Shown in pieces: positions 36,803 through 47,968 of a stretch of 64,000 bases of DNA. Source of the stretch: Cirrosporium novae-zelandiae (lineage: Eukaryota); NCBI GenBank assembly GCA_026023565.1, contig JAPETS010000022.1, positions 434,001 to 498,000 on the forward strand, in the 5' to 3' direction. A program made the position numbers and the translations under genes. Position 1 is the first letter of the stretch. The number at the start of each line of letters is the position of its first letter. Below the pieces are notes generated by a model. The model saw only the letters and a list, made by a program, of their open reading frames with translations. It searched no databases and was not told the DNA's origin.

Positions 36803-37867
36803 ATGTATTCGTTGAAAGAGGGACACCATGTTGGATATCATCGAATGTCCATAGAATCAAACAACTCAAGCTCGACTGTGAAGTGGCATTTACTACCTGG
36901 CTTCTTGTGGATTTATGCTAGCCCGTGGATGCTTTGCTCTATGCTTATCCTTGTCTGCTTGTATTTGATCAACTCAAATGGAAAACCATGTCAATGCATG
37001 GAAAGTTTTGAGAAGGGGTTCAAGACCGATTTCAGTATGTTTCCTGTTATCCATTATTTTTCGTTTGATACTAATTCCATACCCTCTTCAGAGCCAGCAA
37101 TCTCGGCGATCAAGGTCCAGCAAATCCGGTTTACAAGTTCTTTAAAACTCAATGAGAGTGGTGAATGGTATCGAGTTCAGGATCCGACCAAGCCAACTTA
37201 CGTCGGTACTCCCTCTCCGGATATTGATCATGCTTGGAATACACTTTTGACGGGTTTGTGGGGACTTAAATCCAACCATCTTAGCACAAACTGATGAGCA
37301 TAAAGGTCGTTATGTCAATTTGACCGGTACCCAAAAGGCAGATTTAGAATCCGAGGGGGTTATTCAAGAGTTCCATCATGGATTCTATGCTGGGTGGGTA
37401 ATTTCTCAATCACATCTCACTGATGTTGATAGTAGTTGATACAATTACTAACAGGTCAACTTGCAGTCCAGATGTCTTCCACTCTTTGCATTGTCTGGTA
37501 TGAAAGCTACAAGTATATCCTATCTATATCTAATGCTAAGCCGTAACCAGAATGCTCTTCGAAAGGTCATCTACAAAGACTACTACGCGGAAGAAATCAA
37601 GTCTGATTTCGGTCTACAAAGCTTGCACATCGGTATGCATATCCCCTTTATCCCCTTACATCTAGAGTTCTACTGACCATTCCAGATCATTGCATGGACC
37701 AATTGAGGCAAGCCGTGCAATGCGCCGGCGACTTGACTCCTGTCACAATCGTTCCAGTCTATAATGGAACGCTCGGCCTTGGTGAGACAGAGAGAACCCA
37801 TACTTGTCGCAATTTTCAAAGTCTATTGGATTGGAAAGCAGAGTTGAAGACAGCAAAGCTCCCTTGA
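36803..37867 (+). CDS. DUF3328 / UstYa-family oxidase, 6 exons, intact
   Basis: N-terminal TM (WIYASPWMLCSMLILVCLYLI), KGFKTDF and YVGTPSPDIDHAWNTLL. After splicing five GT-AG introns: PDVFHSLHCLNALRK...LHIDHCMDQLRQAVQCAGDLTP...HTCRNFQSLLDW, i.e. two HxxHC motifs. The frame stays open to TGA at 37865-37867. Confidence 0.92.
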
Positions 37868-39013
37868 TAAGCTTTTCTGTTGGGGATGGAGACTTTGGAT
37901 GGTGATTGGACTTTGACTATGGATATTATTATGGTGCCCATAATGATGGGAAATAGAGTAAGACTAGGGGCCTATAATAATGTAATAGAGGTTCTTATTG
38001 TCATTATAAGACGATTATTCAGATAATAATGACAGCAAATATCATGGGACTTGCTATTCTTATAGCGACGAGCTCGTCCACTACGGATAATGAAGGTAGA
38101 ATAGACTATACTATAATGCTAAGCTTTCCCAAGTCCTTGTGGTGAGAGAGAGTTCAGATGTCAAAGCTTGTATGGAAACTAAGACTTTATAAGATCGATT
38201 CGATGTATAACGATGGGTAGGGGTAAATCACTCAGTGATGATTCATCACTGATGATGATAAGTAGGCTTGACAAGTGATGCAGCATGATCAGGAGCAGCC
38301 GGCTGATGCAGGAATCGCTATATCTAAATCTTCTAGCTTGGTGATTTCTTTTGCTCAAACGAGTCCCCTTTGGGTTCGGGATTGATGGTCTGTAAAAAAG
38401 AAAGAATTGCCGCCTTACTTTCCTACCTGGTACACTAGTTATTATTAATTTTTTTTTGGTTCAAGTTCATTACATCTATCCTTCCCAAGATGGATAATGC
38501 CCGAAAGTGTAAATTCGGAGATGGTTCGAATTAGTATGAATAGTTCAACCATATTGAGAATTGAGTATTACCAGGTTCATCTTGCAAAGGGTTTAGTGGT
38601 AGACCAAGGGGGTGGTCTCCAATAATAGTCGCCTAACTTACACAGTAGTTGGAAGCAAGAGGGAGAAAAAAGAATGAATCCGCCTGGGCCGTGGGTCCGT
38701 ATTCTATACGATAGCTACAAGTAAAAAAGTGTATGTACCAGGTATTAAAGGTATTAAGCTTGTACATTTCCTTCACCTTTCAGCGCACAGCCTCTTTTCT
38801 TTCTCTACTTCTGTACAGTCTCTTCTCCTCTTTACGTTACTGCAATAATCGGTTGATTATCATCTAAAAAGAAAGAGGACCCATCATCTTAATGGACTTT
38901 CCATCATCCTAACATTACTTTACTTAGCAAGAATATATTTCCACTAAGCCTGAATCACGTCAACGACCGTTCGCGGGATATTGGTGACTGAAAGCTTGAT
39001 CGGTGGAAGCGAG

Positions 39014-39171
39014 CTTGGCAACTTGGCAACTTGGCAAAAACACAAGTTCCTGTGTAAGAGAGTCCGTGGAGTCCGTGGAGTCCAAGACTCGGACTATCAC
39101 CCCCGGTTTCTTCTTGGGAAAGGTGAATGAACGAGGGTCGTAGCATGACGTGAAAAGCTTGGCTGCTTGGC
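39014..39171 (-). promoter_or_regulatory. Cluster of five GCCAAG (PacC/Rim101 consensus GCCARG) sites upstream of palF
   Basis: CTTGGC at 39014, 39022, 39030, 39158 and 39166, plus nearby near-matches (TTTGGC), 560-720 bp upstream of the palF ATG. Confidence 0.7.
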
Positions 39172-39733
39172 TACTTTTGGCTCTTTGGCTGGCCTTACTT
39201 TTGTGCTTTGCTATCTTTGTCCTGCATAACCAGACAGGAATCCAACCGCCGGTAAGTTCAACTCTTGACCCTTTCATCCATCTGCTTGCTGGCGAGTTGT
39301 AAAATACACCTCTGCCTTCGCAATGCCTAAATCGACCTTTAAATACCTCCAGTCCCTTCCTAACCCGTACGCCTACCTTTCCTTCCTTTGATGAACCTGT
39401 TGTCTGACGAGCAACCCATGTCGTCGTCATCTTCAACCCCACGACTCCTTATCTGGAACCTATAATGCGATGGTGTCGTCTGTCAAGTCTATCCGGCAAT
39501 TACGTCGAGTTTATGGCATGATGAACTATCGCGTTATGCGTACCAGGTCGAGATCAAGGGCCTGATAGTCGGCGCACTGCTCTGAGGTCTCTTCTATCGT
39601 CTGACATTATATCTATTGTGTTTGCGCCATGACCATAATTACTGACATGCTGGTCAGCTTAGGCGCCGATACTCGTGGGTCTGTGTTGGCCCCGAGCCTC
39701 TCATCAAAGGGGTAATCAAGATCATTTCATCCA

Positions 39734-42182
39734 ATGAGATTGGACATGCCTCTGAACTCATCCGTCCCTGCTGTACCATCGTATGCGTCAAACTCGAGAA
39801 ATCGCTCCTTACTATCTAGATTTACTGCGCCATTTACTTCAAAATCTCGTAACTTATCTGAATTTTATATCAAATTAGAGGAGCCTTATCGTCAATATGC
39901 TCCAGGGGAGGTTGTCCATGGTTCTGTCGTTTTGACAGTCGTGAAGCCGGTTAGGGTCAGCCATTTGGTGGTGTGCCTTCAGGGCTATGCCAAAGTTTTC
40001 AAGAACTCGAATTCTCCAGGAAAAGACTACTTGATCGAGAATGGGATAACTGACGGACGAGGTAAGAAAGGAATTGAATATACTGGTAATGGCTCTGTTT
40101 CAATATTCAAGGATGAACTATCGCTCTGTGGCGAAGGTCGTCTCAAGGAGGGGATTTATGAATTCCGGTTCCAGTTGGAGTTTCCAAATGGTCACCTCCC
40201 GAGTAGCATTGATGTATGATTTGTCGCACAGATATCCAGACTTCCAAAAAGGCAGTGCTGACTCTAACTTCTAGTTTGAGCGAGGGACAATCTCATATCT
40301 AATTACCTCAACTTTAACCCGACCCACCACCATCTCGCCAACATCTGCGTGTGACCGCAAAATCTTTTTGATTGAGACGATCGATATCGCTCCCTTGGTG
40401 CGGACAAAGTCTAGGACTATATCGCTTGAGCCCATCTCAAGGAGACTTAAGGCCCGAGACAAATCTCATAATAACAGTCATCTATTTCCAAGTGATGCCA
40501 CCTTGCACCGATCGGAGAACTCGAGTGTGGCAGATAGCACAGGAGAACCAAGAACTAATGTCCTTGGGAGTCTTGAAAACCCCCCAGGAAGTCCTACACC
40601 AAGCGATATTAGCTCTATTAGCGCAGTCAGCAACAGTACCAGCAGTTTTCGTGTGGTCACTGAGCCTAGCCTTCCTAGTCTTGGGAATGCAAAGTCCTTT
40701 GAGACCAGAAGCACGACTAATTCTGTTTCAGATAAAACAATCACCGCAACAACATATATCATGAGGACCGCTGGAATGGCCGGAGATACTTTGCCGATCA
40801 AGGTGTCCATCAATCACACTAAGCCGGTGAAGAGTATGTTAGGGGTTATTGTAACTCTCTATCGGCAAGGTCGGATTGACTCGAATCCAATTCTTCCATC
40901 AACCCATTCTGGCAAAGGAAAAGGGTCGGACTTCGATGACATACTTCCAAAGTCAAAGACCGGCCTTAGTGGTTTATCATTGACTTCGGCAGGTACTACC
41001 AGCACCTTCCGTAAGGATTTGTCTCAAACGGTAGCACCCTTACTTGTCGATCCTCAGACATTGAAAGCAGAGGTCAAAGCGTCTGTTCGAATACCCGAGA
41101 ACGTCTTTCCTACTATCACGGCGATCCCGGGAGACATCATCAGCTTCAAATATTTTATTGAAGTGATAATCGATTTGCGTGGAAAGCTTGCTAGGCAAGA
41201 TCGCCTTTTACAGAGATGGGGAATGTCTTCCCTCCCTTCTGCCTATGGCAATGAGAATATGATGGTTAATAGGAATGAGAACGATGGCACCCAGACAATG
41301 TCTGCCTGGAATGGTGTAGTCCTTGACACGGATCAGATTCGAAGGGATCGGAGCGTTGTTGCGTGCTCTTTTGAGATCGTTGTTGGAACTAAAGACAGCG
41401 AAAGGAAGAAGCCAAAGTCTGGTAATCTCACCTCACAAGTTTCCAGTAATGACTTAACCGATTCACCAAATGACGAATCGCCCCAATCTACCAACGGCCA
41501 GGACCATGCAAACCATGAGTCGGAAGAATATTACCAAGAGCCTATGCTGGAAGATGAAGTCTACGATTACCAAATGCCATTGCCACCAGAACAACCGTAC
41601 CCAATGCCGACAAATCTCCCTGACCAGGAGGATGTAGATGAGAAAACTAGACTGAGGCAGGCAGAACAAGTATTATTGCCCAGTCAACCGACGATCACGG
41701 ATTCAGCAGGACCATCTGCCATATTCGACTCCAGCATGGCTCCTACAGCTCCGGGTCAAGACGATTTATATGGACCCTGTGCGCCTATCCAAGATGATCT
41801 CTATGGACCTTCTCGCCACCCTCATAATGGTTTCTTACAACCAGCTCCTTCATGGACTCCTGCATCCGCATCATCTATTGAAACGGTCACTGTGTCGGCT
41901 CCAGATTACCACTCTCGAGAGACACCAGTTGGCCCCGACTCCGAACCCCAAGAAGATAAACAAGAGCTGGAGCGACGGCGTTTGCTCACGCAAGCAAGTG
42001 CTCCGGATTACACTGCGGGCGAGAGTAGTAACCCGAACACAGGTACGTATGATCAACCAGAAATTGGTCCAAGTGCTCCTGTGCTGCCGGAGGACGATGA
42101 ACAACGTCACTATAACGAACTTGAACTCGGGGTTTCCCCTCCTGCGAATTCTGGCGAAGGCCTCCCTCAGTATCAAAGATGA
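39734..42182 (+). CDS. RIM8: pH-signalling arrestin PalF/Rim8, 2 exons
   Basis: SEFYIKLEEPYRQY, VRVSHLVVCLQG, LPSSID|FERGTISY (intron about 40213-40273), FRKDLSQT..PL, FPTI..PG..ISFKYFIEVIIDL, QEDKQELERRRL and a terminal LPQYQR. Confidence 0.92.
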
Positions 42183-43319
42183 ATATAGTGCTTCAGCCAG
42201 TTGATATGGAGAACCAAGAGAGCCACGTGCTCGACGATTGATATGTATGCTATATCCATGTGCCAACTGGTGTATATATCTTGCATCCTATCAAGAAGGC
42301 AGGGAGAAACCGACTTGAAAAGGCTTATCTTCAAACTTACTCCAAAATAGCCAAATAAATGCGTAGACTCCCTGCGATCTACCTATGAGCTGTTGCATAT
42401 CTGGTCGTATGGACGAATTTCGTACTCAACAACCAATACGATATCTACGTGGAGGAAAAACGAACCCCTCCACGTTCAGGCGCCAGTGCAGAGGCCAGGG
42501 GATAGCATAAATATTAGTGAGGAGCTATTGGGTGGGTTCAGACAGGTGAAGCCCCTCGCAGGACCTTGTGTTTTTGATAGCCACGTGCTCCAAAGCATCA
42601 GCGCGGATGGAGCGGTGTGTGAGGGAGGCAAGCGGGCGGTGTTCAAGCAAGGATTGAGATGGTGAGGGGAAATACACCGACATGGTCTGGGTAACTTGGA
42701 CGGTGATATAGGTGGATATGTGGACATGTGGCTATTGGGCGACCAAGAGGAAAGTGCGGCTCTCGTCTAGAAGGGCATGATGATTTAGAGACCCGATGTA
42801 TATATTTGTGTAGTCTTCATACTTAATAAGTGGGCAATGCATTATCGATTGATAGGCTTTCCGGGACGTAAGGCTCGATGTCTACGCCGATTGCCAGTGT
42901 TCTCGGTCAGACAGGTAATAACATTTATTCGCAATCGTCCTGGATGCCTAAATTTAACCTATTTAGGTGCCAAGGCATCCTTTATCTCCAATGGTGAAAA
43001 TCTCAACTTTCTTCTCTGTAATCCGGGCGCAAGAGTCAGCATATTCCCCTGCCTGATCAATTCACATACTTTTTACTTGGACAGGACTGAAAGCAAGTCC
43101 CACTTCGCTATCTTGCTTCGGGGTCTCGGAGCATCTCCTTGCACGCAATCGCCATCTTTTCGGCAGCCTGAGCCCAACTCCAGCAATCTGGCACGCTTTG
43201 AGCTTGCGACAAAAATTTATTGAAGCTTTTTGGAGGCACTCTCGAATCCATATAGATATATCCTATCCTAACGGTAAATTCCACGTCAACTTGGAGAATA
43301 CGGAATCTGTTTCGCGGCC

Positions 43320-44005
43320 ATGGCTCGCAATGCTAGTTCCTTTGCCACCTTTCTAATCCTCTGCCGTAAGTGTTTGCTGATGCGAAAACTCGAGCAAATG
43401 CTAATGGTTGATTGCCAGCGACATGTTTTTTCCTCGGCATCCTCTTTGCCTCTTTCCCCTACGACTACCCACTGCTGTGGACGAGGGCTCCCATGGCAGA
43501 CAATTTTCTTGATCAATTAGAAAGCCATCTCAAGCTCATCCACTCAGCTCCGCCACTCATTCCTCGAATTCTACATATTGTCATCTTCTCCGGCCTTGTG
43601 GGTTTCGTCATCAAGCTCTACAAGCCCTCCGAATCCAACATGCTATTTGATGGCGCCAGCCTGGCTCTTTACATGGCTGGGGTAGTCATCTACATCACAA
43701 ACATCGTCAAGGGACTGCGCCAAGTGTCGGCGGGGCAATATGGGGAAATCATCGAAGGGGAAGCTCGTGTAGGGGGTGAAGAGGTCTTGGGTCGGGAACA
43801 AAGTTTGAGTATTCTCTCGGCAAGCAACACGATTGCAGCACTGGTGCTCTGTGGGGTGCTTGTGCTTCAGACGGGACAATGGTATGCTGAGCGCAAGGAA
43901 GCACAGGAGCTGGAGAAAATGAAGCGCGAGGAAGCAGAGGAGAAGAAGGAAAAGGGAAAGAAAGGTGTTGCTCATCGCAATCATGGGGCCCGGAAGGATC
44001 AATGA
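43320..44005 (+). CDS. SHR3: ER membrane chaperone for amino-acid permeases, Shr3 family, 2 exons
   Basis: SFATFLILC-intron-TCFFLGILFASFPYDYPLLW, IKLYKPSESNMLFDGASL.LY and LSASNTI.ALVL.GVLVLQTGQWYAE. Confidence 0.92.
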
Positions 44006-45299
44006 GATGGGGATGTCCAAGTGATGCCTACAAGATGCTACCTATGATATTGTTGTCCGAGGCATTGATAGTCAAAATCTGTATCTGTATCTGGTCTCTC
44101 TATATTTTGTGCAAACCGGATTTACGGGTTGAGGCTGATAATAGCCCATCATGGGTCATGTTACCACGATAGACGAAAGCAGGGTGCAACGGGAGTCATA
44201 ATGATGTCGGCGGCGTAGTGATTCCAGGGCCCCCTTCTCTGAAGGGGCGAATTTATGCAAATGGTGCAGCAACGTCCATGTGGCCGCCCAACCTCTATAT
44301 AATGGCATATCTGGTGTTTTTATCGTGCTGCCTGTAATCATATATACTGATTGGTGCAATTGGCAAGGCTTGCAAAATCAATTGCATGTAGTTAAAGTTG
44401 GTCAAAGTTGATTGTTGTTTTTTGTTTTTATTCGCCGGATGAGGGGTTTGAAGCGATAGGGCAGAAGGGAGGATGATGATGATATTCGCAACGCCGCATG
44501 TTTGAGGCCCGATGAAGCCACCAAAGGCGACAGCTCTAGCTAAGGGGCCGCAGCTATAATTGGAGAGGATCATATAATGGATGATGGCATTTACCACTGG
44601 AAACAGTTTACGGGTTACTGTATGGTCTGCACAGTAAATTTGGGGTAGGAACTGCTTTAGCCTTGGATGATTGATGATGAGGAGGAGGGGGGGGGGGATG
44701 TGATTTGATGTGATATGATTTGACATGAATTTATTTGGTTTTTGGATTGGTTTCTCTCATTATTCGTGGGGGGGGAGGGGGGTTGGAGGGCGCGTTGGGC
44801 ATCATTCGCTCTTACCGAATATACGCAGCAAAGGGGATGATCCACCGAAATGGATGGATTGTTTGAAGACCAAGCGTGCCCAATGAATGGGAGGGGAATT
44901 AATGGGGGAAAGCCCTGTCAGACGATAGGGTTTGACAGGATGATTTCGGATTATTTTGGACTACGGAGCATGGTTCGAGAAAAGAATAGAATACTGTAGC
45001 CCTGATGGGATGTGAGGCACAGGGGGGTTGGTTGTTGCTTTCGTCGCGTCTCTTTCTTTTTTTGCTTGTCGCTTCTTCTTCTTCTTCTTCTTCTTCTTCA
45101 GATTGTCATGTCCTTTTACCCGTTGCCCGGCTGCCGATCTAATTAACACACACACACACACATCACCAACTTGTACCCAACCTTCTCGTCTCAAAGGTAT
45201 TTCATAGCTGCCCAACCACCGTCGCATCATGTTTCTGAATATGAAATTGCCTCCGATTGAATTCGGAAAGCGGACAGGGGGGGGGGTAGAGAGTGAATA

Positions 45300-45362
45300 A
45301 GAGAGTGAGAGTGAGAGTGAAGGTGAGAGTGAAGGTGAGAGTGAAGGTGAGAGTGAGAGAGA
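45300..45362. repeat. Purine-rich GAGAGT/GAAGGT simple repeat
   Basis: gagagtgagagtgagagtgaaggtgagagtgaaggt... Confidence 0.8.
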
Positions 45363-45855
45363 AGGAGGTTGGTCGGTCGGTTCGGTCAGTCTGGGGGATG
45401 AGACCAAGGGGATCGGTCAAATTATTCAAAAGGTTAGGTAGGAAGAGAGGATGGTGTTTTGAAGTTAATCTTGACTGATCTAAGACAACAATTTCAAGAA
45501 CTTGCGATTATTATTATTATTATTATTATTTTGTTATTTTGTTTTAATTAGACTACTAGACATCCGCCCCGGGCAATGCGTTGGGGGGTGGGTTGCTAAA
45601 GGGACAGTACCATGGTACCTAGATAATTGAAGAAGATGCTAATGGATTTGATGGTAAGGGAAACAAAAAAAAAAACACATTTAGTCTTCTGTTGGCGCCA
45701 AAGTCTCGCACAATAGACTTCTCTCAAGGAAGAACCCCGTCTATCAGATCCAGCAATTCATCATCCTTTGCTTGTCGTAGTAATCTGTCCCGTCATACCC
45801 AAAGTATGTTCTACTCTGGTCGTCCCATGTTCCTGGACCTGGGAATCAAAGTCCG

Positions 45856-45931
45856 TCCCCATTGTCCCATTGTCCCATTGTCCCATTGTCCCATTGTCCC
45901 ATTGTCCCATTGTCCCCATTGTCCCCATTGT
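45856..45931. repeat. (CCCATTGT)n octamer tandem repeat, about 9 units
   Basis: Directly visible tandem array. Confidence 0.9.
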
Positions 45932-46319
45932 AACAGGAAAGGGAGCATCAGAACCATTGTTGACCACCGAAGTCCATCACTAAGAGGTCCCCTGGGCGGT
46001 GAAAATCAAACGTCTCCGCTGCCACCTCACCCAACCCATTCAAACTACCGCAGCTTCCCGTTTGCCGCCATCTTATTATTCCAGACCTTGACAATTAACT
46101 ACCTAGGTACTGGCCTATTACTCAATCGGGCCCTCTATCCTACCAGCTTAATAACTTTACTATATCCCACGACATTTCCTTCTTGTTGCTGTTTGCTTTT
46201 CTACGCCCCAAACCATAACAACTCCTGCATCACCCAACTTTCACACTTGCCCAGTTACACTCAGACACAGACACAGACATACATACACACGGACATATAT
46301 ACATTCATCCATCCATCCA

Positions 46320-46368
46320 TATACATATGCCTACATATATACCTACATATATACCTACATATATACCT

Positions 46369-46421
<53 letters not shown>

Positions 46422-46455
46422 GACATACATACTCACACCGACACACACACACACA
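46320..46455. repeat. Compound microsatellite: (CCTACATATATA)n, (AGAC)n, (AC)n
   Basis: Directly visible. Confidence 0.9.
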
Positions 46456-46701
46456 TCATCTATCCGTCTTGGAAAACCAGGCGCACCGTCGGACAGACAT
46501 TGTCTCTTGTTCCCCTTCCCCCTTCCCCTCCCAAGGATACTGCCTGATCTGACCCTGAATTGATTTGTCTCGGATTTTAATTCAAGGACTTTCCTCGACT
46601 TTATTCTCAAGTTGTCTTCTGTTACACTCCCTAGTTCTCGTTTCGGGGGTGTATTTCTAGTCTTGTTATCCTCTATGACTTGCATTCTTCCTCCATCAAC
46701 A

Positions 46702-47968
46702 ATGGCCTACCGTGGTGGTTATGCACCGGATCCCAGGAGACGATCGTCAAACGCAGAGGAATATTATAACTCGTCTGCTCCTGCCAGGGGGGCACTGACC
46801 TCCTCATCATTTAGGTATGCTAACCCCGAGAATTTTTGCAGAAAAAATAAGCAAATCTTTCCAGACATTCAATGGAGCTGACGTGGAAAAGTGCTACTGC
46901 TAGTGGACAATGCATCTACCAGGGCGCTATGCAAACACCAGCTTTGGGAAGCTCGGTCTTGCAGCACCAGAGGTAGTATTTCATTCCTTTTTTTTGCCTC
47001 GTGATCGAAATGCTGAAAAAAGTACAAGTGGCTCTCGTCCGACCAGTATTCCGACCCAGAGCATTCCCCAACGCCCCGAAATTCCATTCTACATGGAACC
47101 GCAAATATCGCAAAATATCCCAATCCAGCAGCGTGCTTACTCTCAAGCGCCTAGTCATTCCACCTCCACCACTGCATTGACAGACATCTATGGAGGTGAT
47201 GCCTATATGGATCCGCGCGGCCCGCAGCGGTCGTACTATCCATCAACATCGCAGCTCGATGAAATGGCCACCGACGTGCTAATGTCCTCAAATAAGTATC
47301 CCTGGGACCAAGACTCACCAGGGTCAAATGCTTCGTCCGAAGCACTGGGTGAACCATCCAAATCTCGTCCCACCAGCAAAGTGTCAACCAGAGGAGGTGC
47401 ACACTCCAAAAGGAGACCATCAAATCGAGATGAATTCGATGGGCCCCATCAGATGCTGGAGAAACCATCACCAGAAGTCTTCCGAGCCTTGGATCGGGAT
47501 CTCCCTCATCTTCCCACCAATTTGGATGTCCAAGACCAGGACACTATTCTTTGCAAGGTTAATGATTGTTTGTCACATTGTGCTTTCAATTTTGTTGCAA
47601 AGTACCAATTTCCTATTCCCGTTGAATCAGATAAAAGACCGGTCCGTGTCCCCGCCGACCGGGAGTGGAACGAATGGGTGTATCTGCTGAAACGCCTGGC
47701 GACCAAGAGACGCATCCCGGCCCGCGTGCTCTATAATGGACAGATCAAGCAGCTGGTGACTGTATTGGAAAATTCCCTGGAGATGCGCCATGCTGCCAAG
47801 CATCAGTCACGGCCGTTGAAGGATGACCGCAATGTGCTCCAGTTGATTTCTGCCGGACTCCAGGTCACCAAAATCCTCAAGGATGCCGCGGCCATGGAGT
47901 ATCTTGACCGGTTATACATTGAGACGGAGATGCTAATCCAACGGCAGAAAACCCTTCGTGGCATTTGA
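46702..47968 (+). CDS. Protein of unknown function with a disordered N-terminus and a conserved-looking helical C-terminal domain, 3 exons
   Basis: MAYRGGYAPDPRRR... Predicted introns at about 46815-46891 (or 46903) and 46973-47022 join in frame to ORF 46910-47968. C-terminal domain: VNDCLSHCAFNFVAKYQFPIP...REWNEWVYLLKRLATKRRIP...LKDDRNVLQLISAG. Confidence 0.75.

Noticed and set aside
45692..46552. 286-aa ORF
   Set aside because: Non-ATG start, and the translation is made largely of microsatellite repeats. Likely promoter or 5' UTR.
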